A DNA stretch of 64,000 nucleotides from Octopus vulgaris (GCA_951406725.2 OX597840.1:30690001-30754000), one strand, 5' to 3'; positions 39,012 through 53,054 are shown, numbered from the stretch's first letter. Made by a program: numbers and translations. Notes: a model not told the origin generated them from the letters alone.

Positions 39012-39338
39012 AGAGTTATAGTTTGTGGAGACATATCCGGGAGTGGGTGGTTTGTCCGGTACTGTTTGAAGGAATTTTTCCAAAGACTTCTTGAATTTTG
39101 TGTGGTCAGTTTCTTTTTTGATGTGTCCTGGTGTAATGTTGAAGAGAGCGGGTCCAATTGAGGTGAAATAGTTGTGCCGTATTGTCGTTATGAGATGCGA
39201 TTTAGATTTTCATTGTAGATGGATTGCACGTGGTCCAAGCCTGGGATGTATTTTGAAGGTGATGCCAACATCATTTGGACAGTGCTGATGGAATATTTTC
39301 CACATCATACAAATAATGTAACGTTCACGGCGTTGTTG
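39012..39338 (-). mobile_element. CR1-like LINE ORF2 C-terminal fragment
   Basis: QRRRERYIICMMWKIFHQHCPND...GPALFN...FKKSLEKFLQTVPD.P. Confidence 0.8.
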
Positions 39339-39353
39339 ATATATATATATATA

Positions 39354-39739
39354 TCCAAATGATGTTGGCATCACCTTCAAAATACATCCCAGACTTGGAT
39401 CCCGTGCCATCCATCTACAACGAAAATCTAAATCGCATCACATAACGACAATACGGCACAATTATTTCACCTCAATTGGACCCGCTCTCTTCAACATTAC
39501 ACCAGGACATGTCAAAACAGAAACTGACCACACAAAATTCAAGAAGTCTTTGGACAAATTCCTTCAAACAGTCCCGGACAAACCACCCACACCTGGATAT
39601 GTCTCCACAAACAATAACTCTCTGCTCGAATGGGCCTTGGTGCCCAAATCCTGAATTAAAAGACTTCGCCAGGTGGTGCTATTAAGTTAGACATGGCCTG
39701 GGCCAATACTGGCCAAAACCTTTCTAAGTTTTCTAAGTT

Positions 39740-39740
<1 letters not shown>
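39354..39740 (+). mobile_element. CR1-like LINE 3' end with (TTCTAAG)n-type tail
   Basis: PNDVGITFK...GPALFNITP...FKKSLDKFLQTVPDKPPTPGYVSTNNNSLLEW*; same family as 39012-39338. Confidence 0.8.
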
Positions 39741-39775
<35 letters not shown>

Positions 39776-39780
39776 CACAT

Positions 39781-39820
<40 letters not shown>

Positions 39821-40129
39821 ATATATATACATATATATATATATCTATATATATATGTATGTATGTATGTATGTATATATATGTGTATGTATGTGCATGT
39901 ATGTATCAAACTCTCACTCACAACGCTTTGATCAGCCTGAGGTTCAGTAGAATATACTTGGCCAAGGTGCACTCGGGTCAGTGGGACTGAACCCTAAACC
40001 ATGGGGTTGGGAAGTGAACTACTTAACCCTTACCGTTACAGAGCAAAAACAAAACTTCAGAAAAACAAGTGGGATGATCATATTTTAAATGATCGCCTAG
40101 GGTTATATAGCAACAAACACAACTGGCAA

Positions 40130-40487
40130 AAAGAGAAAGGAGGAGGAAGCGGAGGAGGGGAGGAGAAAGGGGAGGATGCAAAGGAGAGGGATGACGAGGG
40201 GGGAAGGGGAGGAGGGGGAGGAGAAGGATGGGAAGTGGAAAATAAGAAAGAGGAGTACAAGAAGAAAGAATAGAAGAAAGAGGAGGAGGAAGAGGCAGCA
40301 GAGGAGAAGAGGAAGAAGAAAAGAAGAGGAGGAAGGGGAGGAGGGGAGGAAAAGAAGATGAATAAGATGAAAAAGATGAAGGCAGAGAAAAAAGAAGAAA
40401 GAAGAAAGAAGAAGAAGATGAAGGAGGAGGAGGAGGAGAAGGAGGAGGAGGAAAAGAAGAAAGGATTATGAAATAAGAAGAAAAAAT
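40130..40487. repeat. Polypurine (GGA/GAA)n tract
   Basis: Almost pure A/G on the plus strand. Confidence 0.9.
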
Positions 40488-40648
40488 GGTGCAGGGAAGC
40501 AGGCCAAACTAATTACTTGTTGCAGGTGAAGCATCAAAAATTGATGGAGGAGAATTGACAGGAAGTCAATGAACTGTGAGGGAGAAGAGGAGGATAGAAA
40601 AACACATTTTTACTAATTCTGAATGTGATAGAAAAAGAAAACAACAAC

Positions 40649-40694
<46 letters not shown>

Positions 40695-40814
40695 TGGATG
40701 TGTGAAGCCAAAAAAGACAAGAAAACGATTAATAATCAAAAAGTATACAAAACAATTTGGCTTATTTATAAAACCTCTTTCTCTCTAACAATATACACAC
40801 ACACATACACAAAC

Positions 40815-40860
<46 letters not shown>

Positions 40861-41053
40861 AGCTATCACTATCATACATACTTTAGTTGTAATTCTCTCT
40901 CTCTCTCTTTCCCTCTCTGAAGTCTTGCGTTTCTTCTGTCATCTTTCATCCCGTTTAGTGGCATACATCTACACAACATTGAGTTTTATTATTTGTGTGA
41001 GTATGTTTGCATGCACATACATGTATAAAGAAATATATATATATATATGTGTA

Positions 41054-42300
41054 CTAGCTGAATTGTCCGACGTTGCCAGGCAATTTTTGCAATAGAATTT
41101 CTTATATAAATTTTTGTTTATTCCATGTCAGACCATGACTTCTCCATCACATAGGTCTCTTGATCAGGACAGATTTGTACAATCTTTCACCAAAAATCTT
41201 TGTTGGGGATTTTTACCCTTTTAAAATTCTTTACAATATGTGTTCGACCATTTCACATGACTTTATTCATTAAAACTTAAAACTTCAGAATTTCTTACAA
41301 CTTTGGGCGTCGTAATGCTTTGCTTTCATTTGTTTCGTAAAAATTCCTTCTTGTAATGTTTTTGCTTTCATTTTGTGATAGACAGCTATCATGCAGAAAA
41401 TGCCAGCTTCCAAATCCTGTTTCTGGTTAAATAAAATTGATTAAACTTTAAACCTCAGGAATACTTTTCTGTAATTTTTATGGAACAAATAAATCACAAA
41501 ATTGGATTTAACGGGGAAAATTATATCAATATACCAAGTTTGAAAATTTTGACATAATTTTAAAATTTCACAATATGTAACAGCAACACGAAAGACCCAC
41601 AAAAGTAGGGAGACAGACAGTTATAGGATGTGACAAACACGTGTACCCACACACAATGAAACACACACACACATATTTACAAACATACACACAGGTAATC
41701 ACGAGTTTAAAATGGTGTATAGTCGACATGTGTTTGTGTGCATGTGTATGCCTGTGTGTGAGTGTTTCTTTGTGATGGGCAGCAGAAAAATTACCCTCTC
41801 TCCTTAAAGCTACATATTCCTCACACCCACCATACTTTCCCTTCCTCAGCGTTTTAAAAGTTAGGTATGTGCGTGTGTATTTGTGTAGTGTGTGTGTGTA
41901 TGCATGTATCTATGTATTTACGAAAGTATGTATGCAGTGTCGCGTGTATGTCTGTGAATGACAGGCATATTAACATTGCCATCCCACTGCCACTCCCTAT
42001 TTGTTGCTTACACAACATCGTTCTCCCCTTCCCTGATATCAGCCACACTCACTATGCCACCACATTTCCCCACACTAACACTCTTTACACCCTTCTCATT
42101 TTATCAAATAATAGCCCAACCCCACTAGGGGGTCCATTATGGATTATTATTGAAATCCAATTGACCTATACACGAACTGGATGCTAGTTTAATATGTATG
42201 CAAAGTATTGTCAAGATTGGCTCACTGGTGTAGGTAGCAAAATGGTAACAGACAGATCGACAGGCAGAAATTGCCACTTATGTGTACTTTATTATCATCT
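41054..42300 (-). mobile_element. Possible old non-autonomous Helitron (3' end clear, 5' extent uncertain)
   Basis: Minus-strand 3' end TTGCCTGG-CAACG-TCGGACAA hairpin then CTAG|T at 41054; CAGACAGA...CACTTATGTGTACTTTATTAT near 42250-42295 resembles the other end of such elements. Confidence 0.45.
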
Positions 42301-42490
42301 TATAATCATCTCATAATAATGACCTTTATGACTCGTATTACTACCTCAGTCAATCTAAATGTATATATTTGTCGTTACCTGTCATAAATAGCCTTTTTCT
42401 ATTTGCAATATGCATTTTCGTTGATTTTTCATATTTTACCCTTACATCTCCACATGTATTTTATATTTTCTTTTCGTAACATATTTCTAC

Positions 42491-42524
<34 letters not shown>

Positions 42525-43457
42525 TACATGTGTATGCATCTACATATATGTATACGAATGTATACACACACTCGCATCTATAAACATTTATTCAAATATT
42601 TATAGAAATACGCACACGTATATATACATTCATTTATGTGTGTGTGTTTGTGTATAAAATGCACACTTTTCTAGTTGCATGGTGTGTATATACATGCATA
42701 TATATATATGGTATGCATACTTGTGCATACATCAATGCATGCCTATATACATATATGTATATTTATATGAATGTTCTTATTTATGATTAGATTTAGATTG
42801 TTTCTCTGATAAAAAACAAAAAAAAAATTAAGAAAATTAAATGGATAATACTCATCCCATCTTCAATCTCCATATTATCTGAACCCAAGTCCCAGGCCCT
42901 TACATGTCCCCTAAACCAACTCTATCAATTCCTTTAATATTCAGCTCACCAAGTGGTTACTGCTTTTCAAGCTCAAACCAATTATAGATGTGTCTTGGTG
43001 TAAATAACAGCTCTGGAGGCTGTGAAGATAATTAAAACACAGCCAGTGATCATCAAGTACATTAATTGATGCTTAGAGCTTGTATATATTATCAGATATG
43101 TTTCAACAAGGGATTTTGTTTTAACCAATAATAATGCATACACCCGACTGCTCAACTTGCTAGTAATAGCTGCTAAATCTCCTTCAGATCTCAATTACAT
43201 GGTTTGTTAGTAATAACAGCAAACATGATAAGTATATACAAAAACATATGTGTATGAGCATATGTATGTGTGTATAAGTATACATATGTATGTGTGTATA
43301 TTTATATTTATATATATAATATATATGTATATATATGTCTAGTAGAAGACACTTTCCCAAGGTGCCACACAATGGGACTGAACCCGGAACCATGTGGTTG
43401 GTAAGCAAGCTACTTACCACACAGCTACTCCTGCACCTATATCTATCTATCTATCTA

Positions 43458-43499
<42 letters not shown>

Positions 43500-44160
43500 A
43501 AATATATATATCTATATATACATATATGTGACTATATGTATATATTTATATGTGTGCATTTATGTATATATATCATCATCATCATCATCATAATCTTAAC
43601 ATCCACTTTTCCATGCTTGCATGAGTTAGATGAAAGTTGTTAAAATGGGTTTCCTTAGATGTCGCTTTTGTTGTGAACCCTCGTCTTTTTTCAAGTAAGG
43701 TAATAAAGCCCACGGACTTGAATGTTTCCACAGAAAACATTTCAGTTTTACAACCGTTTCCTTACAGTTTTTGCCTACCTGAAGCAACAGTGGAAGCCAC
43801 TTGCCAGAAGTGCCAAGCAGTGGAATTGAACTCAAAATTCCACGGCCAAAAGGAAGTGAATTTTCCCTACTACACATCAGTGCCTCAGCCTTGGCTGGAA
43901 AAGGAAAAATACAAAATTAAGCTATTTTTAAAAACAGCAATAACTTGTTTACAGAAGCCATTGATTTTGGTCAGTTGCCAACTTCCAAGCTTGAAGGACT
44001 ACTGGACAAATACAATCATATTAAACAGTGCTTTGACCTGGTTGATGAATACACTAGAAATAACAACCAAATGCTCTTTAACCCTTCAGCATTCAAATTT
44101 CTCTGTCAAGTGTAATACTTATTTATTCACACTGATAAAAATTAGTTATGCCCTACTTAG

Positions 44161-44786
44161 TATGAGTGCTGAAAAGTTACTGACTTTGATTAAAAGGAGT
44201 GGCTGTGTGGTAAGTAGCTTGTTTACTAACCACATGGTTCCGGGTTCAGTCCCACTGCGTGGCACTTTGGGCAAGTGTCTTCTACTATAGCCTCGGGCCA
44301 ACCAAAGCCTTGTGAGTGGATTTGGTAGATGGAAACTGAAAGAAGCCTGTCGTATATATGTATATATATATATATGTGTGTGTGCATGTATGTTTGTGTG
44401 TCTGTGTTTGTCTCCCTAGCATTGCTTGACAACCGTTGCTGGTGTGTTTATGTCCCCGTCACTTAGCGGTTCGGCAAAAGAGACCGATAAAATAAGTACT
44501 GGGCTTACAAAAGAATAAGTCCCGGGGTCAAGTTGCTTGACTAAAGGCAGTGCTCCAGCATGGCCGCAGTCAAATGACTGAAACAAATAAAAGAGTAAAA
44601 AAGAGTAAAGAGAGAACTATCAGTTAATTATGATTTTATTCAACATATTCCCCTCTCAGATTCACACACTTATTACAGCAGTCCTTCAGTTTTTCTAAGC
44701 CTTGTGAAAGAGCTCAGAAGTTTGGTTCTCCAACCAGGCCTTCCACGATATCCTTAAAGCTAGGAGCGTTTCAACACCCCTCGTAT
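44161..44786 (-). mobile_element. Mariner-derived MITE interrupted by a CORE-like SINE (about 44195-44612)
   Basis: Right end TTTCAACACCCCTCG|TA, degenerate left end TATGAGTGCTGAAAAGTT; minus strand LEKLKDCCNKCVNLRGEYVE* resembles a mariner transposase C-terminus. Confidence 0.7.
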
Positions 44787-45354
44787 ACACACACACACAC
44801 ACATCGTTTTTTTTAGAAAAACATAAAAGCAGAGAAGAAGCACACTCTAAGAAGTACAGCAGTCTATATTATTACTGGTGTAGGCCTGTTTATAAGGTTA
44901 TCCTGGGTTTCTCAGCATATATTTATATACATATATATAGGCGTAAAAGTGGCTGTGTAGTAGCTTATGGTTCCAGGTTCAGTCCCACTGCACGGCACCT
45001 TGGGCAAGTGTCTTCTGCTATAGCCTTGAGCCGACCAAAGCCTTGTGAGTGGATTTGGTAGATGGAAACCGAAAGAAGCCCGTCGTATATATGTATATAT
45101 ATATGTCTAAACATCATGTGATGGTTATAGAAAAAGCATTGGTGTCATACAAGCAGTGTCATTGTTTATTTCCAGTCTTCTGTGAAAAACACATCTAGCT
45201 TAGGGGAAAATATTACCTACCTTGGATACAGGTGAAGGTTGGTGACAGGAAGGGCATCCGGCCATAGAAAATCTGCCTTAACAAATTCCACCCGATCCAT
45301 GCAAGCATGGAGAAATGGATCAACAATAATGAACAAGATGATGATGGTTATGTG

Positions 45355-46030
45355 ATCATCATCATCATCATCATTTAACGTCCGTTTTCCACACTAGCAC
45401 GGGTTGGACAGTTCGACCAGGGTCTGAGAAGCCAGGAGGCTGCACCAGGCTCTAGTCCGATCCGGCAGTGTTTCTACAGCTGGATGCCCTCCCTAACGCC
45501 AACCACTCCGCGGGTGTAGTGGTTGCTTTTTACGTGCCACCGGCACAGGTGCCAGGGGAGTCTGGCAGCAGCCACGATCGGTTGGTGCCTTTAACATGCC
45601 ACCGGCACGGAAGCCAGTCAAGGCAGTGCTGGCATCGGCCACGATCGGTTGGTGCTTTTTACGTGCCACTGGCACAGAAGCCAGCCAAGGCGGCGCTGAC
45701 ATCGACCACGTTCGGAAGGTGCTTTTTACGTGCCACCGGCACAGAAGCCAGTCGAGGCGGCGCTGGCATCGGCAACATTCAGATGGTGCTTTTTACGTGC
45801 CACCGGCACGGAAGCCAGTCAAGGCGGTGCTGGCATCGGCCACTTTCGGATGGTGCTTTTTACATGCCACCGGCACAGAAGCCAGTCGAGGCGGTGCTAG
45901 CATCGGCCATGTTCGGATTGTGCTTTTTATGTGCCACCGGCACAGGTATCACAACTACTATTTCCATTGATATTTATTTCGATGTTCATGTACTTGACTC
46001 AATAGGTCTCCTCAAGCACAGCGGGATGTT
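45355..46030 (-). mobile_element. RTE 3' UTR with 7 copies of a ~67-bp hairpin minisatellite
   Basis: GTGCCACCGGCAC-like words at about 45533, 45596, 45663, 45730, 45797, 45864 and 45931. Confidence 0.9.
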
Positions 46031-46359
46031 CTAAAATCCAAATTGATGGTGGCGTATAAACCTTGCTGATCAGACAATCAACCCACACCATTAAAAGTGT
46101 CCTATATTTATTTCTACATGTACATGTGTTATAAACCAGTGTTCTTTCACAATATGGTTTCCATTATCCCATTCATAAAATATTTCACATTTTTTATTCA
46201 TTTCCTAACCAACAGGTATTTTTTTTTCTTCTTCTTTCACCATTATTAGTGACTATGAATCCATCAATGCTACCTGCATATTGATTAAATAATGTCTGTG
46301 ATTGTTTGTATTATTCTGATTCTGTTACCATTTAACTAGCTTCATTCATGTTTCATCTT

Positions 46360-46850
46360 TCATCATCATCATCATCATCATCATTGTTTAACATCCGCTT
46401 TCTATGCTAGCATGGGTTGGACAATTTTGACTGAGGTCTGGTGAACCAGATGGCTGCACAAGGTTCCAATCTTGATCTGGCTGAGTTTCTACAGCTGGAT
46501 GCCCTTCCTAATGCCAACCACTCCAAGAGTGTAGTGGGTGCTTTTATGTGCCACCGACACTGGAGCCAGTCAGGTGGTACTGGCAACAACCACACTCAAA
46601 TCTTTTTACACATGCCACCGGCACAGGTGCCAGTAAGGCGACACTGGTAATGATCACGCTCAAATGGTGCCTCTTACGTGCCACTGGCACGGAAGCCAGT
46701 TAGCCGCTCTGGCAACATTTACGCTCAGATGGTGCTCTTACCACCCTACTAGCACGAGCACAAGTGCCAGTAAGGCGACGCTGGTAACGATCACACTCGA
46801 ATGGTGCCTTTTAAGTGCCACTGGCACAGAAGCCGGTTAGCTGCTCTGTC
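46360..46850 (-). mobile_element. RTE-related 3' UTR fragment (second subfamily)
   Basis: (GAT)n tail and GTGCCA..GGCAC repeats; inverted homolog at 54445-55067. Confidence 0.8.
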
Positions 46851-46944
46851 AGTGAATCAACCCTCTAGTGAATATTAATATGCAGGCATTATCATCTGGT
46901 AAATGTGAGGATTTTATCAAGTGAAAACAAGAAAACTCCCTTAT

Positions 46945-47133
46945 TTTACATACTGACAGGAAAACCAGGGCAGGACCAAGAATGGGAGGGTTGGATAATA
47001 GCTATAGTCTTAGTTAGTCATGCTTGAGTCCAGTAGGAAAAATCAGATGAAGGCTGCATCTGCTAGGACCCTATGGAGGAGATGACAGAAGACTCTACAT
47101 CCACATTTCTTCCAGGAATAGTGGGCAGAGAAA
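46945..47133 (+). pseudogene. Decayed RTE (Rex3/Expander-like) 3' end
   Basis: DNA similarity to 47545-47695 (GACCAAGAATG..GGTTGGATAAT...TAGTCTTAG) plus an LWRR..KTLHP motif. Confidence 0.45.
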
Positions 47134-47542
47134 ATATATTTCTTTATTGCCCACAGGGGGCTAAACACAGAGGGGACAAACAAGGAAAGACAAAGGGATT
47201 AAGTCGGTTACATCGATCCCTGTGCATAACTGGTACTTATTTGAACGACCCCGAAAGGATGAAAGGCACTCTACATCCACATTTCTTCCAGGAATAGTGG
47301 GCAGAGAAAATATATTTCTTTATTGCCCACAGGGGGCTAAACACAGAGGGGACAAACAAGGACAGACAAAGGGATTAAGTCGATTACATCGACCCCAGTG
47401 CATGACTGGTACTTATTTGAACGACCCCGAAAGGATGAAAGGCAAAGTCAACTTCGGCGGAATTTGAACTCAGAACGTAACGGCAGACGAAATACAGCTA
47501 AGTATTTTGCCTGGCGTGCTAACTTTTCTGCCAGCTCACTGC
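47091..47542. mobile_element. Meta-like SINE (minus) with a 178-bp tandem duplication that includes flanking DNA
   Basis: ACTCTACATCCACATTTCTTCCAGGAATAGTGGGCAGAGAAAATATATTTC repeated at about 47091 and 47268. Confidence 0.85.
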
Positions 47543-47544
47543 AA

Positions 47545-47695
47545 GAACTGCGGGCTGGATTCTTCTAGCCAAGCCAACCAGCAGAAGAGCTAGAGATAGA
47601 CCAAGAATGAATTGGTTGGATAATGTCTCTAGTCTTAGATGGCCACACTTGGGAATCAAACGAGAAAGTATAATGCTGGTTTCTTCCGATACCAT
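47545..47695 (+). pseudogene. RTE (Rex3/Expander-like) ORF C-terminal fragment
   Basis: LLAKPTSRRARDRPRMNWLDNVSSLRWPHLGI resembles G.RPRGRPR.RW.D.V..L.W..LGI. Confidence 0.6.
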
Positions 47696-47949
47696 TCTAA
47701 CACACCTGTGTGAATTAGAATGGTTGCTTCTATTTGCACTCTACAAAACGGACAAGCTACAAACAATGTTGTTGCCATTGTTGGTAGCTGAGTTGTTTTT
47801 GTCACTTGTCCCATTGACAAAATATTCTTTGGCATCATGCCTTTGAAGACGTGCAAGATAAGAGAGCTTTTACTTGAAATATAGATAAAGATTCGTAACA
47901 GGAAGAAGCAGCTGGCAGTAAAATGCCTCAATAATATATACATACACAC

Positions 47950-47983
<34 letters not shown>

Positions 47984-47994
47984 ATATATATAAG

Positions 47995-48041
<47 letters not shown>

Positions 48042-48295
48042 ACAATATAATAAATAAAACATATGCATACATACATACATATATGTACATACCTACATCT
48101 ATATGTATATATACATGCATATATGAGTACAGGACACCACAAATAAACGTAGAACACAACGAGAAACGAAAACAAAATACCAAACAAGGAAACGGACTTT
48201 TTTTAACAACGAAAAAACAGAGTACAAGGCATACAACAGAGGGAACATTCCCTTTCTTCAGCTGCCCCTGTTTCGACTATGTATGTATGTATGTA

Positions 48296-48385
<90 letters not shown>

Positions 48386-49185
48386 TGGAGGGATGGTTGA
48401 ATTTCTTTATTGGCCAAGCAGGGCTGAACACAGAGGGGACAAAATACAAAGTAGAGCTTTTCTTTTTGGGAAGAAGAGAAGAAAAACAAAAAGTGGATCA
48501 AATTCTGATCAAAAGGGATCATGAAAAAAAAAAGATAGATATATAGATGGACAGACAGATATGTGAACTTTATGTCAGTCAAAATATGTTTGTGATATAA
48601 TTCAACTTCTAAAGGTAAATTTACTGCAGTTACCATGGAGAAAAACATTCTCTTTTATGGTAGAAAGTGTAAAAGCACCATATCTGCTCAGTGTTGTCCC
48701 CTATCAGATTCCCAGTCAACGTTTCTTGCTCTTTAGCCATTATCAATGGGAAATACAAAAGAGAGGTAATTCTGGGCAGATGTAACGCTATAACTTTAAC
48801 TGAAACGCAGTCAACAACGTGGATTTAGTTGCACCATAGGACCACCAGGATGGAAGAAATTCAGTAATGCAAGCACCAAGCAGTCTTTGGGCATAAGAGA
48901 GCTTTAGGTTAAAATTTGTTTGCAACATATTTCAGCTTTTAAAGGTAAATTCACTGCAGTTTCAGTGGAGAAAACATATTCTCTTGTGGTAAAAGGTGTA
49001 GAAACACCATATCTGTTCATCACAAACTTCTTTTAACTAACCTCAAGTTTGCTTAAGACTAAACACTGCTTGGTGCTGCTACTCCTGAATATATAACTAT
49101 CTATAAATAAATAAATATATATATATATATACGTTTAAATATTTGTTGTGCAAGATTTTTTAAGTGAAGTCGTGTGTTGAAACAG

Positions 49186-49452
49186 ATATTGTTGTATTTA
49201 GGAATGTTCATTTTGCCAGTTTAGCCAATAAAAACACACGCACTATATATTTGGTGTTACTTTGCTTCAGTGTTATTTATTTTTTACATTAATCTTAATC
49301 TTATTTCAGCCTCAAAATACTTGATCCACCGAAATAAGATTAAGATTAATGTAAAAAATAAATAACACTGAAGCAAAGTAACACCAAATATATAGTGCGT
49401 GTGTTTTTATTGGCTAAACTGGCAAAATGACCATTCCTAAATACAACAATAT
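49186..49452. repeat. Near-perfect inverted repeat with 122-bp arms and a 23-nt spacer
   Basis: 49186-49307 is the reverse complement of 49331-49452 with one mismatch seen. Confidence 0.95.
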
Positions 49453-50284
49453 ATATATATAAAAGAGTCAAAGAGATGTTGATTCTCTTGAGAATCAACA
49501 TCTATTGAAAAGGCTGCAAGAAATTTCACCAGTGAGTGTGTAAATCATAAGGCACTAAAAAATAATGACTCTCCCCAGACACAAAAGTATATTCATATGT
49601 ATATTACACCCAAACTCATGAAGCATTGCATATTTTTTCAATGGTGTTCAGAAGAGCATCCAGCTGTAGAAACCATGCCAAATCAGATTGGAACCTGGTG
49701 CAGCTCTCCGGCTTACCAATTTCAGTCAAACTGTCCAACCCATGCCAGCATGGAAAGCAGGTGCTAAATGATGATGCTATATATATATATATATATATAT
49801 ATAATACTAGTTGGAACGACGGTAGGGTTGGCAACAGGAAAAGCATCTCTACGGAGAATATTGCTTTGAAATGTCTCATCTAACCTCTCTACCAGCTTGG
49901 AAAATGCAGATGCAAATCTAGTGGTTGTCATGTCTGCTGGTGATTGCAGCAATTGCAGTGAAGTGCGATATTAATGATGATGATGATCATCATAATATAT
50001 GTACACGTACGCACGCACGTGTACACGCACACGCATGCACAAGCTATTAACTTCATTTTGCTGTGACACTATATACACTTTATCTTTCTTGTAGACCTAT
50101 CTGTTCTCATATACACTCGGGATTTAGATATGTATTTGTGCTTTCAGGCAAAGAGTAATTAGATTACCAACATCTTTATAATAACAATCATTATAATAAT
50201 AATAATAATAATAATCATAATAATAATAATAATGATAACAATGATGATACAATGATGATGATGATGATAATTATTGTTCTTATG

Positions 50285-50298
50285 TGTATATCCATGTG

Positions 50299-50345
<47 letters not shown>

Positions 50346-51160
50346 ATCTACTATCTATTTATCTATCTGTCTGTATTCTATCTCTACATATGTATGCATG
50401 TATGTATGTATGTATATATATGTATGTATAAATGTACGTATGTATAAATGTATGTATGTTTGTATGTATGCATGTATGTATGTATATATGTATGTATAAA
50501 TGTATGTATGCATGTATGAAAGTATGTATGTATAAATGTATGTATGTATGTTTGTATGTATGTATGTATAAATGAATGCATGTATGAAAGTACGTATGTA
50601 TGTATGTATTCTATCTTTACATATGTATGCATGTATGTATATATATGTATGTATAAATGTATGTATGTATGTATGTATGCATGTATGCATGTATATATGT
50701 ATGTATAAATGTATGCATGTATGTATATATGTATAAATGTATGCATGTATGAAAGTATGTATGTATAAATGTATGTATTTATGTTTGTATGTATATATGT
50801 ATGTATATATGTATGTATGTATGTATATATGTATGTATGTATGTATGTATGAAAGTATGTATGTATAAATGTATGTATGTATGTTTGTATGTATGTATGT
50901 ATATATGTATGTATGTATGTATGTATGTAAGTATGTATGTATAATTGTATGTATGTATGTTTGTATGTATGTATGTATATATGTATGTATGTATGTATGA
51001 AAGTATGTATGTATAAATGTATGTATGTATGTATGTATGTATGTATGAAAGTATGTATGTATAAATGTATGTATGTATGTTTGTATGTATGTATATATGT
51101 ATGTATAAATGTATGCATGTATGTATGCATGAATATATGAATATGTGAATGTATGTGTCT
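50285..51160. repeat. (TATG)n microsatellite field with TAAA/GAAAG variants
   Basis: Direct reading. Confidence 0.95.
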
Positions 51161-52111
51161 ATGCATTGCTTTCCATATCTCTAGTGTCGTCAATAAAATA
51201 TTTACTATTAATGGTGTATAGTTAAACTCATTTGAGGATGTCTCTTTCCTAAAACAAATTGGTTTTTGGAAGTCAGCAGAAAGACAAAAAAATTCCGAAA
51301 ATATATAAAAAACATTAAAATTGTTGAGTAATGTTTAGGAAGAGTAAATCGTACGAAATTCACCTTGCTATGTCTTTCTGTATGTGTGTGTCCGTGTGTC
51401 CTCCAAACATATATAGATAGATAGATAGATATAGATGCATAGATTTTTATGTATATACTTATACCCAGACACGTATCTCTGTATATACACATATACATAT
51501 ATAAACACTGGCAAAACCATGTATGCATACATACAGATATATACATGTGTATGTATATGGATATATGTGCAAATGTGTGTATATGCATTTCTCTCTCTCT
51601 CTCCCTCCCTCCCTCCCTTTATCTTTCTCTCTCTCTCTCTCTCTCTCTACACGCACATACACACATATAGGCTTGATGAGACATGAACAATAACAGAAGT
51701 TAAAACATGAGTATATATACATTATTTTATTGATAGACGGCAGTAGTAACAGAATAACTCAAGAGCCCGGATATATATATATATACACACACACACACTC
51801 ACACGTGTATGTGTGTCTATACAACCACATCAACACAGCCATCCATCATCCATGCATATGTACTTACATACACACACACATACATGCATATATATATATA
51901 AGTATATATATGTATATAGATATATATATATATATGTATACATGTATATAATAACAATGATAATAATAATAATAATAACAATGATGATACAATGATGATG
52001 ATGATGATGATAATTGTTGTTCTTATGTGTATATCCATGTGTACACGTATATATATATATATATATGTGTTTGTGTGTGCTTGTATGTATATATGTTTGT
52101 ATATATATATA

Positions 52112-52151
<40 letters not shown>

Positions 52152-52167
52152 TATACATACATACATA

Positions 52168-52204
<37 letters not shown>

Positions 52205-52220
52205 ACATATATATATATAC

Positions 52221-52258
<38 letters not shown>

Positions 52259-52274
52259 CTACATATATATATAC

Positions 52275-52313
<39 letters not shown>

Positions 52314-52376
52314 CATACATATATATATGTATATATATACATATATATATATATATATCATATATATATCATATAT

Positions 52377-52422
<46 letters not shown>

Positions 52423-52423
52423 C

Positions 52424-52509
<86 letters not shown>

Positions 52510-52721
52510 CCATCCCCAGTTCCATGTGTATCCGTGCATATGTACATGTGCATCTCGATGGAGACATATCGTGCATCTGCATAAATGAATGCGCTCATGG
52601 AATTGCCTTCTGCATGCATTTATTCTTGTCTGAGTTTAAATAAAGCGTTAAGTCAAAGACTCTTCTAGAATTCTACATCCTACTACGACTCTCTCTGTCT
52701 ACGCTTATAACAGAAAGCATG

Positions 52722-52772
<51 letters not shown>

Positions 52773-52987
52773 TCACACATCTTTTATTTGTTTCAGTCAT
52801 TAGACTGTGGCCATGCTGGGGCACCACCTTAAAGAATTTTAGTCGAATGTATGGACCCCTCCCAGTACTTTTATTTTATTATTTTTTTCTAAGCCTGGTA
52901 CTTATTCTATTGATGTCTTTTGCTGAACTGCTAAGTTACGGGGATATAAACACACCAACACTGGTTGTCAAGTAGCGGTGGGAGACA

Positions 52988-53054
<67 letters not shown>

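Noticed and set aside
40130-40487. Glu/Lys/Arg-rich ORFs
   Set aside because: Polypurine simple repeat; possible triplex-forming DNA but not coding.
43637-44290. 217-aa ORF
   Set aside because: Runs through a mosaic of degenerate SINE and MITE pieces with a TTG start; a chance open frame.
45520-45950. CRISPR-like palindromic repeats with spacers
   Set aside because: The spacers are homologous to each other, the array is part of an RTE 3' UTR, the context is eukaryotic and there are no cas genes.
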